Program-made: the position numbers and the translations under genes
Source: a virus
DNA length: 64,000 nt
IMG/VR virus record: IMGVR_UViG_3300028392_000041
Coordinates: 47,828 to 111,827 of that record
Direction: 5' to 3' (one strand)
Shown: piece by piece, positions 45,708-56,219 of the stretch
How the letters are laid out: each line of letters begins with the position of its first letter
Numbering within the stretch: the first letter of the stretch is position 1
The notes under the pieces: model-generated
The model's database searches: none
What the model saw: only the letters and a program-made list of their open reading frames with translations
Told to the model about the DNA's origin: nothing

Positions 45708-46247
45708 TCAGTTTGCAAATAATAGGTCAAGTCCTTTTGGTTTTGCATTTTCTTTCATCAGTTTTATCTCTTCAACAAAATGCTCATTCTCCAACAAAAC
45801 TCTTGCGTTCATTAGAAACTCATTTCTTGTCCACTCACCCTTACTAATATTAACATCTGTACGACAAAGAACAATGTTATCATATACATAACCCTTTGAA
45901 GAATCTATACGATCAACTGATACATTTGTTTTACAAGGAACATTGTTTTCGTCGTTTTGAAATAATGTCATGGGTTGTTTTGTATAAGCACATAATCCTT
46001 TTTGAATTATCCAAAGATTTCTAATCATTTTTGCTTCAAGATCAAACTCAATACCCTCACCCTTTCTACGCTGTTTCGCAGAACTTTTCATAGAAGGCAA
46101 TCTTTCTTGTGAGAAAAACCTTTCAATCTCATCAGCACTGGGGAATGCTCCAACATAGTAAGAAGATCTTCGTTGTGCATTATGATCACGCTTATACAGC
46201 TGTCTATCTGTTAATTCTACAACTTCATCATCAAACAATGTGTTCAT
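45708..46247 (-). CDS. Putative His-Me finger (HNH-like) free-standing endonuclease
   Basis: Q.G.CAYT..PM, SVDRIDSSKGY..DNIVLC...VN..K. Confidence 0.7.
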   Translation of the reverse strand: MNTLFDDEVVELTDRQLYKRDHNAQRRSSYYVGAFPSADEIERFFSQERLPSMKSSAKQRRKGEGIEFDLEAKMIRNLWIIQKGLCAYTKQPMTLFQNDENNVPCKTNVSVDRIDSSKGYVYDNIVLCRTDVNISKGEWTRNEFLMNARVLLENEHFVEEIKLMKENAKPKGLDLLFAN

Positions 46248-47554
46248 TTTATTTCCTTAGAATTATCCGCACGATCTTTGTCTTCCCGTAGTTCGACAAA
46301 TACTGGGAGGAACAAACTTTCTTCGCCAGTTTTATTTTTAATCCTAGCATTGTATTTGATAGCGACAATCTTCCCAAGAAGATTTTTCTCTTTATACGAT
46401 TTGCGATGCGTGTCATTGAATCCACTTCCTACATTAACTTTAACGATACCATCGGCAGACTCACATATTATTGCACCCAGCCAATCAGGTTTCTTTTTGT
46501 GTGGCTCAGTTCCAACAATTTTCAAATCACATTCGAGTTCGCCTTTGAACTTAATTTGGTGTTTTGCTCGTTTATCTTCCCAAACACCTGAGCCATCTTT
46601 CAAGATAATACCTTCTAAACCCTGCGCAAGATATCCCTCAAAAATTTCTGTTGCTTCTTCAAGCGTATTTACAACATCACTGGTAACTATCCAGATTTTC
46701 TTTTCGGTTTTAAATGGAACAACATCTAGAATTGCTTTCAATTTAGAAAACCTACGAGAGTAGGGTGTATCGCAGTATGAATCTTCAAACAAAACATAGG
46801 GAACAGCATCCCATACTGAAGCATGAACCATGTCTGCTTCTTTCGCTGAGATAGTTCCCTTAACAGCCTTGTTTAAAATTCCATTACCTGTTTGACGATC
46901 CATAAATTGACAACCATCAGGATCCATTACCATTAACTCACCATCAAATACCATGTCTGATCCAGCAGCAATGGCAATAAACTGATCTTTCAAGTCTGTA
47001 TCTAACAAGATTTCTTTACCATTACGACTGCGGAATTCACAAGTTTCGTTTTTGACGATAGCATTAAATCTCATACCATCCATCTTCAACTGCGCATAGG
47101 CAGGGAATTTGATTTTATCAACCAACTTCTGCTCGTATCCTGAACACAACATAACAGGATATTCTTTGATGAGTCCTGGCCAAACAGCATTCGCTGTCGA
47201 GATAGAAACACCACACATCAAATCTTTCTTAATGATACGCTCAAGCACCTTTGCGTCATCAGCTGAAACCAACTCAAGCACTTCGGTCAGCTTATCAATG
47301 GCAGCATTGCCAGTGACCAAACGATTACACAACTGATAGAGATACGGAAACGCATCTTTCAAATTAAGATTTACGCTTGTATGATTTGGTTTATATGCAG
47401 GAATCTTACGCTGATAAAAATTCGTGAAGGGATCTAACGCCAAAGAAATAACTTGACGCAGAACAACATCGTTGACATTTGTTTTCAGTGTGTCAAGTTT
47501 AAAGTTGCGAGAATTATCCGCAGCCAACTCATTAAAAAATTTGTTTAGATTCAC
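46244..47554 (-). CDS. gp30: ATP-dependent DNA ligase gp30
   Basis: QLKMDGMR, FDGEL, EGIILK, VGSGF, SLFLPVF..LR.DK. Confidence 0.95.
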   Translation of the reverse strand: MNLNKFFNELAADNSRNFKLDTLKTNVNDVVLRQVISLALDPFTNFYQRKIPAYKPNHTSVNLNLKDAFPYLYQLCNRLVTGNAAIDKLTEVLELVSADDAKVLERIIKKDLMCGVSISTANAVWPGLIKEYPVMLCSGYEQKLVDKIKFPAYAQLKMDGMRFNAIVKNETCEFRSRNGKEILLDTDLKDQFIAIAAGSDMVFDGELMVMDPDGCQFMDRQTGNGILNKAVKGTISAKEADMVHASVWDAVPYVLFEDSYCDTPYSRRFSKLKAILDVVPFKTEKKIWIVTSDVVNTLEEATEIFEGYLAQGLEGIILKDGSGVWEDKRAKHQIKFKGELECDLKIVGTEPHKKKPDWLGAIICESADGIVKVNVGSGFNDTHRKSYKEKNLLGKIVAIKYNARIKNKTGEESLFLPVFVELREDKDRADNSKEIK

Positions 47555-47555
47555 A

Positions 47556-47909
47556 TTAACCCCTTCTCATTGTCGCAATCGCAACTGCTTCTTCATCACT
47601 AAAAATTGGAACGGCATTGCTTTTATGCATGGTACCGATACCTTTTACCTTTGTACCTGTATAAACAGGGTTTGGCTTTTTGAAACATGGTGCGCCAGTA
47701 AAAGGAAGACTCGGAATCTTAGGTGTCTCACGACAAGCAGGTTTCCCGAGGAAGTCTGACTCACTGAGTTTCTGGTGCTTTTGTGGAGCAGTCGAAGTCT
47801 TTGTGGCATACTTCTTTAACATGTTTTCCCAGTCCTCACGCAACTTGCGTGCTTTGGCATCTGGCTTACGCTTTTTTGATTTTCCTAAATTTGTATGAAG
47901 CATTTGCAT
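47556..47909 (-). CDS. Hypothetical protein
   Basis: YTG....GI.TMHKSNAVP.F motif; own promoter. Confidence 0.7.
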   Translation of the reverse strand: MQMLHTNLGKSKKRKPDAKARKLREDWENMLKKYATKTSTAPQKHQKLSESDFLGKPACRETPKIPSLPFTGAPCFKKPNPVYTGTKVKGIGTMHKSNAVPIFSDEEAVAIATMRRG

Positions 47910-47972
47910 AAAAATTCCTTACTTTTTCAAGTCGATAGAATAATTATACCGCATTTATGAATTAATAGCAAG

Positions 47973-48000
47973 CAAAAAAATGCCCCACGCTGGGTGGGGC
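47973..48000 (-). terminator. Intrinsic terminator
   Basis: GCCCCAC-CCAGC-GTGGGGC-A-TTTTTTT. Confidence 0.85.
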
Positions 48001-48022
48001 TTGCAGGATGATAGATAACCCT

Positions 48023-48202
48023 TTACTCTGTAGGGGTATCCCTTTTTGATCCTTTTTCGTGTCTTGGTGGTGCCTTTTTAGACTCCATCTCAGCATCTAC
48101 CATAAGACGCAAGAATGCTCCACGGACATGTGGGTCAACAAAACTTGCAGCCATACGCTTTGCAGTTTTGCTTAATTTAAAATTCTTGTCAGGTTTATTC
48201 AT
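48023..48202 (-). CDS. Small basic protein (59 aa; not in ORF track)
   Basis: MNKPDKNFKLSKTAKRMAA...; GGAG SD. Confidence 0.6.
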   Translation of the reverse strand: MNKPDKNFKLSKTAKRMAASFVDPHVRGAFLRLMVDAEMESKKAPPRHEKGSKRDTPTE

Positions 48203-48853
48203 TTAATTCTCCGTAAGTTCATTTACAAAATTCAACAGTAAGTCATGGTGTCGACCACCATTATAGTATTTATGTATGTATTGCCATGGTTTCTGAAACC
48301 AGTACTCAGGTGCTTCAGGATGACAGCCAATTAATCCTATCCTACCTTGTATGATTGCCATAGGATCATTGTTTGCGTAGCGAGCAATTACTTTAAATTT
48401 TTCTTCATCACCGATTAGTGCACAACCATCATAGAAGTACATATCTTCTTGTTGATTGTTCCATGTTACTGAAGCTACTGTTCCGTAGCTTCTTTTTATG
48501 TCAGCATTTGATTGCTTTATATATTGAACAGGATTGACATCATCAAGTATATCGAAGTAACGCTTTCCAGCCCAATAAGCACCCATGCAAATGCCAAGGT
48601 AATGGCCACCACTCTCCAAAAATCTGGCGACTCGATTCGATCTGGTTCTAGTGAAGAAATTAGGATATGAGTCGCTATCCCCAATCCCGCCAGGAAAAGC
48701 AATAACATCAAGATTGTGAAAGAAATTATCATCATCTAACTCCTTCTCTTCGAATATTCTTATCTGATACTCAGAAGATAACGCATGCACCATTGCATAT
48801 GCACAATCCTCGGAACACTCTGGATGGCGCATAAACAAAGATATGCGTTTCAT
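48203..48853 (-). CDS. BPL_N / class I glutamine-amidotransferase-like protein
   Basis: FPGG, GG.YLGICMGAY, HPE. Confidence 0.8.
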   Translation of the reverse strand: MKRISLFMRHPECSEDCAYAMVHALSSEYQIRIFEEKELDDDNFFHNLDVIAFPGGIGDSDSYPNFFTRTRSNRVARFLESGGHYLGICMGAYWAGKRYFDILDDVNPVQYIKQSNADIKRSYGTVASVTWNNQQEDMYFYDGCALIGDEEKFKVIARYANNDPMAIIQGRIGLIGCHPEAPEYWFQKPWQYIHKYYNGGRHHDLLLNFVNELTEN

Positions 48854-49845
48854 GTTAGATTTTCTTTAAAGATTTTCCAAGCATTGTCCCATGTCCAACG
48901 CTGACTACCTTCTAACACTTTCTCTCTGTCTAATTGCATACACATAAAAACTGCATCTGCTAAATTTTCATCCATATATCCAGTAACACCATCATCAATA
49001 ACATCCTTTGGTCCATCGCATGGGAATGCTGCAACTGGAGTACCACAAGCCATCGCTTCGATCATTACAATGCCAAATGTTTCCCATTGACTAGGAAATA
49101 CAAACACATCAGCATTCGCATAGTACTGAGCCAACGCTTTGCCTGTTTTAAACCCAGTGAAGATTACCTCTGGATATTGTTTCTTGTATGTTTCGAGCAT
49201 TGGACCATCACCAACCATAATCTTAGTGGCTCCTGGATATTCCATTTCAAAGAATTTCTCAAGATTCTTTTCTTTACTAACACGGGCAACGCAAACAAGT
49301 ATAGGTTTACCAGCTACTGTTTCGCCACGATATGATGGATTAAATATTTCTCTATCAACACCACGAGTCCAAGGAACAACATCTCCATCAAACCCATGGT
49401 CTTTTAAATCTTTTACCATAGTATCAGTAGTGGTTAAAACTTTACCACTGTGTTTATGAAACCATTTAACAAATCGCCATGTTATAAATTCAGGAATCCC
49501 AAAAAGGGTTTTAAGTCCTTCAGGAAACTTAGTATGATAAGCAGTATTGTGCCTAATATTACATTTTGAAAGATATGCTCTAGCCCACAAACCCAGAGGA
49601 CCTTCTGTGGCGATGTGGATATAATCTGGATTGATCGCCTTAATCTTCTTGCCCACTGCCCACGGAAAGGTAATCTTGACTTCGTTGTAGCGAGGGCAAT
49701 CAACATAACGGAACCTGCTGGGATCAAGATAATCAACAGTATAACCATCCCGAACCGCACATGCTTCAATATTTTTGTAGGTCGTAACGACACCATTTAT
49801 TTGATCGGGTAGATTATCTGTTACAATTAAAATCTTTTTTGTCAT
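48850..49845 (-). CDS. agt: GT4 glycosyltransferase, Agt-like glycolipid synthase
   Basis: ILIVTD....QINGVV, P.Y.E, IHIATEGPLG, YHT.FPE, W.RGVD, ETFGIV..EAMACGTPV. Confidence 0.8.
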   Translation of the reverse strand: MTKKILIVTDNLPDQINGVVTTYKNIEACAVRDGYTVDYLDPSRFRYVDCPRYNEVKITFPWAVGKKIKAINPDYIHIATEGPLGLWARAYLSKCNIRHNTAYHTKFPEGLKTLFGIPEFITWRFVKWFHKHSGKVLTTTDTMVKDLKDHGFDGDVVPWTRGVDREIFNPSYRGETVAGKPILVCVARVSKEKNLEKFFEMEYPGATKIMVGDGPMLETYKKQYPEVIFTGFKTGKALAQYYANADVFVFPSQWETFGIVMIEAMACGTPVAAFPCDGPKDVIDDGVTGYMDENLADAVFMCMQLDREKVLEGSQRWTWDNAWKIFKENLT

Positions 49846-49920
49846 TTAATTACTTGAGTATGCTTATGCTTTAGTGACTTCTTTAATGCTTTCAACCATA
49901 ATTTCTTTTCTTTTACTACA

Positions 49921-50721
49921 TCATGATTGATACACGCTTGATACATTTTCTTTATTATTTTCTGAACTTTCATTATCGTTCTCCTTTGTCCATGTTACTA
50001 TCTCCCATTTTCCATCATGATGTTCAACGAGAGCAGTACAAGATTCAACCCAATCACCATCATTCATATAAATGATGCCATCTATTTCTTTAATCTCAGC
50101 ATGGTGGATATGTCCACAAATGACTCCATCAAACCCACGCTTCTTACAATATTTTGCTATGTTAGTTTCAAACTGAAACATAAAGTCAGATGCTTTCTTT
50201 ACTTTATGTTTTAGATATTTAGATAACGACCAGTAACCGAATCCAAATTTATGACGCATCCAATTAAATCTGCTGTTCCAGTCAAGGACTAAGTCATATA
50301 ATTTATCACCAAGAAATGCCAGCCATGGAGCAAGTCTTGTAATTCCATCAAACAAATCGCCATGCGTTATTAGATAGTGTTTACCATCTGCTCCGATATG
50401 TTCTGTTTGATTTTGTATTTCAATCAGACCAAAAGAAAATCCGTAAGGGATCATTGGTCTTAAGAATTCATCATGATTTCCTGCAACATAAACAACTCTT
50501 GTTCCTCGCTTGGCATGACCAAGAATGCGACGAACCACATTAGTATGTGATTGTTTCCATCTCCACTTATTCTGCTGGATTTTCCAAGCATCAATTATAT
50601 CACCAACGAGATATAGAGTCTCACAGGTGTTATGTTTTAGAAAATTATTTAACTTATCAGCTTGGCAATCACGAGTTCCTAAGTGTACATCACTTATGAA
50701 AATCGTGCGGTATTTCATCAT
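49921..50721 (-). CDS. plcP: PlcP-like phospholipase C (LpxH-like metallophosphoesterase)
   Basis: YRTIFISDVHLGT..CQA, LYLVGDIID.W, GNHDEF, HGDLFD, CGHIH, Y.NDGDWVESCTAL.E. Confidence 0.82.
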   Translation of the reverse strand: MMKYRTIFISDVHLGTRDCQADKLNNFLKHNTCETLYLVGDIIDAWKIQQNKWRWKQSHTNVVRRILGHAKRGTRVVYVAGNHDEFLRPMIPYGFSFGLIEIQNQTEHIGADGKHYLITHGDLFDGITRLAPWLAFLGDKLYDLVLDWNSRFNWMRHKFGFGYWSLSKYLKHKVKKASDFMFQFETNIAKYCKKRGFDGVICGHIHHAEIKEIDGIIYMNDGDWVESCTALVEHHDGKWEIVTWTKENDNESSENNKENVSSVYQS

Positions 50722-51307
50722 ACCACCATTGATATCGCAGTTGCTGCAGAGACGATATAACGAAATGCTTGTTCGTCAGTTGATAACTCTTGAGCAGCTT
50801 TTACTTCTGCTACTTGCTGAACCAAGAATTGATAATCTTCTAAAGTTAAGTCACCAGCTTCATACTGTTCGCGAAGAACTAACAGTTCATTTGCTAGTGC
50901 TGCTGCTGGTCCGCCCATTCCTGCTACTTCTCTTAATTCTTCTAACATTATCTTCCCTTCCATGCATCAACTACAACATCGATGCGTGTCTTGTTAATTT
51001 TAAGGATGCTTTCGCAGAATAATTTATTATCAGATTTTTTTGCTTTACCGATTGCTTCTTCTAACTGAGCAATTGATTGCGCTTGTGGATCTTTTCTTAA
51101 TTCAGTATACACTTTAAGATGTTGAATTTTAGTTTCAGCATCTGTCCAGTTTTTATCATCACAGCTCAACTTGTCAACAGATAATTTTACAGAGACCACT
51201 TGATCAAACATAACTGGATCGTGTGGCTTTGGCCACAGTGCAGAAATAGCCATAACTGAACAACCATTTAAACACAGAACCACTAAGAGTAGTATAAATT
51301 TTTTCAT
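50718..51307 (-). other. Putative lipoprotein (50948-51307) and small hypothetical protein (50718-50948)
   Basis: LNGC lipobox-like signal; packed ORFs. Confidence 0.6.
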
Positions 51308-51624
51308 ACACTAAATGAACTACCACAACCGCAAGTAGATTTTGCATTAGGGTTTGATATAACAAACTGTGAACCTTTTAGTTTATCACTGGTAAAATCA
51401 ATAGTAGCATTGTCAAAGTAAGTCATACTTAAAGCATCAATTAAAAGGTTGTCAATGACAAAATCATCTTCTTCTTTGTTTTCTTCGATAGTAAATCCAT
51501 AATTAAAACCAGAGCATCCTCCACCAGAGATAAATGCTCTTACATATTTTCCATTCGGTTCATCCATAAGGATTTCATCGAGTTGTTTCTTTGCGGATTC
51601 TGTTACATTAATCATGGCAGGCAC
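51304..51624 (-). CDS. A-type Fe-S carrier (IscA/ErpA/HesB)
   Basis: GGGCSGF.YGF, NPNA..TCGCGSSF. Confidence 0.92.
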   Translation of the reverse strand: MPAMINVTESAKKQLDEILMDEPNGKYVRAFISGGGCSGFNYGFTIEENKEEDDFVIDNLLIDALSMTYFDNATIDFTSDKLKGSQFVISNPNAKSTCGCGSSFSV

Positions 51625-51997
51625 ACTTTAATTGATAGTCGTGAATGGCTGCTTTAATTGCATCTTCTGCGAGTATAGAGCAGTGAATCTTAACTGGGGG
51701 TAATGCTAGTTCTTCGGCAATCTGAGAGTTGCGTAAATTAACAGCATCGTTAATATGCATCCCCTTAACCCACTCTGTAACCAGCGACGAACTGGCGATT
51801 GCTGAACCACAGCCATATGTCTTGAACTTAGCATCTCTAATAATACCATCTTCATCTACCTTTATTTGTAGTTTCATTACATCACCACATGCTGGTGCGC
51901 CAACCATACCAGTGCCAACTGTTGGATCGTTTTTATCTAAAGAACCCACATTTCGTGGATTTTCATAGTGGTCGATTACTTTGTTTGAGTATGCCAT
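51608..51997 (-). CDS. iscU: Fe-S cluster scaffold IscU
   Basis: DHYENPRNVG, GAPACGDVM, KTYGCGSAIASSS, LPPVKIHCS. Confidence 0.96.
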   Translation of the reverse strand: MAYSNKVIDHYENPRNVGSLDKNDPTVGTGMVGAPACGDVMKLQIKVDEDGIIRDAKFKTYGCGSAIASSSLVTEWVKGMHINDAVNLRNSQIAEELALPPVKIHCSILAEDAIKAAIHDYQLKCACHD

Positions 51998-52827
51998 TAT
52001 TCTTCAGCCTGTGCGCCACACTTGGCACGCTTGGCTTTAGTTAGTGCTCCGTAATCAACTGTCCATTCTTTTCCTGGAGTCAATTCTACAGCACCTTTTG
52101 GATATGAGTATTGGACTCCTGCTGCTTGCTGAATGGCAGCAACTGGCATACGAAACTTAGTTAAATCGTTACCTAAATTTGGATATGGTGCAACATGAGG
52201 AAATGACCAACCAGCGATTTCTTTAGTTTGATTATTGATAACAATCTTATAAAAACCATGCGGAACAACTACACCATTACCGATACGATTGTCAGTTGTG
52301 TTATATAATCCACCGACATATACTGTGTATGATTGGTTGCGTTGAACAGCCCAACCACGAACTGAAGTTTCTAATAGTTTCCAAATACCACGATTAAGAG
52401 AACCTGCTTGTGGGCTCATGTTAGTCATTAAGAATGATTCAAATTCTACTTGAGTATCCCATGACAAATCCCCATCAGGTGCCATATGTCCTTTATCGTA
52501 ACCAGTTCCAGCATAGTCAGCAGGAACAGCACCATTAGGAACAAACTGATTAGTGGCAAAAGCATTAGTGCGAGCCACACAACCCAACGCATTATTAGGA
52601 AGTAATTCATAAGTTACAAACCTTGGTAGTTTGGCAGGGGCATCATAACCAACTAGATATGCTTGTTGGCATAGTGGCTGAACACCTTGTGATTGAGGAA
52701 ATCCGTATGGCGCATGAACTTGACACTGTTGAATTGGGAATGGTGCTCGTTGAGTCCAAGCATATGCTGTTACGCAGTTGCTTAGACCAGCCATTGTCAA
52801 TACAAATAATACCAATAATTTTTTCAT
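51997..52827 (-). CDS. Secreted DNA/RNA non-specific endonuclease (NucA-like)
   Basis: Signal peptide; YDKGHMAP, NMSPQ...LNRG.W..LE. Confidence 0.9.
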   Translation of the reverse strand: MKKLLVLFVLTMAGLSNCVTAYAWTQRAPFPIQQCQVHAPYGFPQSQGVQPLCQQAYLVGYDAPAKLPRFVTYELLPNNALGCVARTNAFATNQFVPNGAVPADYAGTGYDKGHMAPDGDLSWDTQVEFESFLMTNMSPQAGSLNRGIWKLLETSVRGWAVQRNQSYTVYVGGLYNTTDNRIGNGVVVPHGFYKIVINNQTKEIAGWSFPHVAPYPNLGNDLTKFRMPVAAIQQAAGVQYSYPKGAVELTPGKEWTVDYGALTKAKRAKCGAQAEE

Positions 52828-52921
52828 TGTGTTCCTTAATGTACAATCTTAACTTGGTGTTCTAGCCATATCAAGAATGTGGTAACTACAAGAGTTACAA
52901 TTAAAACGAATTGCGCTAGTC

Positions 52922-54553
52922 TCATATTTTATACAATTTTAAAAAGTATGTTATTAATGCTGCTACAGTCATACACCAACAAAGAACATCAAGTTGTTTA
53001 TGTCGATCAATATCCATAGCAGTTAATTCTGCTTGACGCTCTTTTTCTATAAGAGCCTTTTCTGCTTCAACTTTAGCCCAAGCATCTTTCCCGTACTTAC
53101 GAATCGTGTCAGCTTTTAGTTTAGCAAGTTCTTGCTCATGTCTATATTTAGATTCAAATTTCTCAACTGCTTTAACTTCTAGTGATGCTTTGCGAGCAGC
53201 CTCAGATAACTTTGCTGTAACACGAGCCTTGTGCTCTTTCTGTATTGTTGCTTCCATATCAGCTTGTTGGTCGGAAACAACAGAACCAAGTTCTTTACCT
53301 ATTTTCTGCGCTTCTTTTAGCGTAGTTGCAGCAGCCTTAACTCCATCGAGCATTTACTTACTTCTTACCAGCAGTATTACTTTGTTTTTCTTTGTACTTT
53401 TCTAACTCTTGAACACGCCATACTAATGTGTCCAGTACTGCTTTGTTGGCACCGCTTCTTGATAGTGCTTCTGTGTTAGCCTGCATAAAGTCTTGGCGTA
53501 GTTTTTCACGAGCCAGTTCAGCACCCATGTTTGGTGCTTGTTTGTTGTCTGATGTCACTACCAACTGCATCTTGCTTTCGAGAATGGTCAACTGATGATT
53601 GACACTAGACAAAGCGTTCATCAAGTATACCACACAGGCAAACATGATGGGTAGCACAGCGAATGTTACCTTTTCGATCAGTGCGCCCTTGGCTTCGCCA
53701 GCACTAATTTTATCTTTGATTTGTTCCATTTCCATTTTAGTCTTCCTTTTTATTTTTATTATTAGACTTACGGCTCTTCTATTTATCTTCCTACATAGTG
53801 CTTGGGCTCTGCTTCCATTCTTCGTTGCTTTTCAGTTTTAGGAACAAAATCAGTTCCCAACTGTGGATACTTTTGTATTCTGTCTTGTACCACAAACCAC
53901 ATTATAATCATAGTAAAAACAAGTATTGCGATTAGCATTCCAAACCATCTGGCAAATGCTTTTAAATTCTTAACTAGTTTGGCATGTTCTCTATCATGCT
54001 GCATTTGTATCTGAATATGACGCTTTAGTGCTTCAGACTGTCTCGCATTTATTATCTTAGATTGCTGTAATACTTCTGTCCAGAGCGCACCCAACTCAGG
54101 TGGACTTTGATATATCATTACCTCACGCAACTCAACTTCCATCTGCTCAAGTTTCTTTTTCATCAAGACTCTTTGTAAAGCACGCTTACCCACAGAATCA
54201 TCACCTGTGTATAAATCATATGATCGTTTTTCTTCAGCTTCAAATACTGCTATACACTTTGCTTGATTGTCAAAGAAAGCACCAAGATGTTGACCCAACT
54301 CGAAATAAACATCACCTGAATCTTTCTTGTTTAGTTCTTTTACTCTGGCTTTTTCTTCATTAAACTGTTTGACTGCTGCAGGTGGTGGTGTCTTTCCTTT
54401 TTCTGCATACATACCATGGAACTGTGCGTCCAGATCTTTGAGCACTTCCCGTATATCTCCAGCAGCACCTTTGATATCTTTGTATAATTTACATCCAGCT
54501 TTGATTGCAGAAACTGCTCCATTGGCCAGCGCAAAAAGGGTGAGGGGATCCAC
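52922..54553 (-). other. Three coiled-coil/membrane hypothetical ORFs (52922-53353, 53358-53735, 53783-54553)
   Basis: Each has one TM plus helical region; TAAATA late promoter near 54592. Confidence 0.6.
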
Positions 54554-54610
54554 TGCATTCTCCTAGACCCATTATAGTTGTTATTATCAACTATTTAGTT
54601 GCATATCGGT

Positions 54611-55786
54611 TTATGAATCCCTTAGAACTGCTTTTGGAGATGAATCTTTATTGCTCCAGTCCACGATAAAGTCTGGGTGAACTGGAGTCATGACACGACC
54701 AGCGGAATCTAATTCAATTTCCTGATGATCGTTTGGTGGAGGATTTATAGACCAATCAGTTTTTTGAACTTCTGCGCTATCCACTGGTGCGGTAGAATCG
54801 TCGACTTTGACGGTGACTCCTGCGCTGGTACTGTTTTCTGAAGGTCGTTGTTCCACACTTGGGGTACTGGTTGGCTCTGGACTACCAAATCTTCTGAAGA
54901 ATCGTTCTTTAATTCTGTTGATGGTGTTGGTGTCTTCTTCGTAGTGGTTTTCTTCGCTGGCGATTTTGTTTTCGATGCTGGCTTCGCTGCAGTCGTTTTC
55001 TTCGCTGCTGGTTTCTTTGGTTGAACTACCATTTTGTTCTCCTTCTTTTTTAAGTGGGATACTGGCTGCCATTAAAAGCAAGACTGCCAGTGGATCAAAA
55101 ACTATAACGATCATAATAATTACAATACGAACAGCCTTTTCCAAGATTCCTTGGTCTGGGTTGTCTCCGTATAATAATGCTGCGATATATTTAATTGGAC
55201 CAACTTCTGCTTCAACTTTTCTTAGTTCTGAAGCAATCGGTGCTCGTTCTTCATTTAATTTAGCAATCTTACCTTGAGCAGAGCCAATATCATTCAGTAA
55301 ATTAGTGCGTTCTTTCTGTTGACTCTTTCTAATTTGTAAAGATCTTTCAGCACCCTTACTATCATCGGATCTTGCCATTGTCTGATCAACAACAGCATCC
55401 ATTTGTTTAAGTTGTGCCCTTGCTGCATCAATGTTTTCTTTTTCTGTTTTGATTTTCTCATCATAGATCGCCAACTTAGAAGCAACATCTCCTGTTGGAA
55501 CTGCTTGATCTAAGTGTGCCTTTGATAGATAACCAAAGATACCCATGGATGTTAAAGTCATGAGAATGACTAATGCTACAACAAAGTAGCTACGCATTAG
55601 TATTGGAATTTGATTCCAACTGCGATAGATCCATGAAGCAACAACTAACTTAGCAAACTCCAGCACGCTACCCATTACAACAATAGGTATAACTGCAGCT
55701 GCAAAGATTGATGCCAATCCAGCAATTGAATAGTATGCTGCCACTGCTGATAAACAGACGGCAGTAAAGTATAGTAAATATGTCAT
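54611..55786 (-). CDS. Membrane coiled-coil protein with disordered tail
   Basis: AAYYSI.GL..IF, TSMGIFGYLSKAH, EAEVGPIKYIA, VFDPLAV. Confidence 0.7.
   Translation of the reverse strand: MTYLLYFTAVCLSAVAAYYSIAGLASIFAAAVIPIVVMGSVLEFAKLVVASWIYRSWNQIPILMRSYFVVALVILMTLTSMGIFGYLSKAHLDQAVPTGDVASKLAIYDEKIKTEKENIDAARAQLKQMDAVVDQTMARSDDSKGAERSLQIRKSQQKERTNLLNDIGSAQGKIAKLNEERAPIASELRKVEAEVGPIKYIAALLYGDNPDQGILEKAVRIVIIMIVIVFDPLAVLLLMAASIPLKKEGEQNGSSTKETSSEENDCSEASIENKIASEENHYEEDTNTINRIKERFFRRFGSPEPTSTPSVEQRPSENSTSAGVTVKVDDSTAPVDSAEVQKTDWSINPPPNDHQEIELDSAGRVMTPVHPDFIVDWSNKDSSPKAVLRDS
54745..55032 (-). CDS. Nested histone-H1-like basic protein
   Basis: AAGGAG SD; KKPAAKKTTAAKPASKTKSPAKK. Confidence 0.6.
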   Translation of the reverse strand: MVVQPKKPAAKKTTAAKPASKTKSPAKKTTTKKTPTPSTELKNDSSEDLVVQSQPVPQVWNNDLQKTVPAQESPSKSTILPHQWIAQKFKKLIGL

Positions 55787-56208
55787 AACTTTCCTCTGAT
55801 ATGAGAACCATGAACCCTTACACTGATTTGACCATTGTAATAATCCATTGATTCTAACACTCTTCTAGTAAATTGTTCTCTGGCTTCAATGTATGAACAT
55901 TCAGCTTTTGATTTACAAAAGAAAAGAATCTCTCTCTTGAAGTTCTCTTTTCCGAGTTCTTCAACATCCTTATTCAATTCAATACTAGAACCATAATAAT
56001 CCATCCAGTCTGAGTCAATCTTCGACTTGATTTTCTTTTTCTTTTTTGTGCCGTTTTTCAACTTAACCATTCGATAGGTTGTTTTGGAAAACTTGGCTAA
56101 TTTCTTACCAATATACTTACGGCTGTTGGTCAGATTTGTTATTTCATAAACAAATCCAACGCAATCTTCAGGCAACTCTTCGACAACATTATTTTTATAA
56201 ATCCACAT
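55783..56208 (-). CDS. GIY-YIG endonuclease (Seg/endonuclease II-like)
   Basis: GFVYEITN..N.RKYIGKK, YYGSS, F.REIL, YYNG. Confidence 0.85.
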   Translation of the reverse strand: MWIYKNNVVEELPEDCVGFVYEITNLTNSRKYIGKKLAKFSKTTYRMVKLKNGTKKKKKIKSKIDSDWMDYYGSSIELNKDVEELGKENFKREILFFCKSKAECSYIEAREQFTRRVLESMDYYNGQISVRVHGSHIRGKL

Positions 56209-56219
56209 AGTAGATTTAT

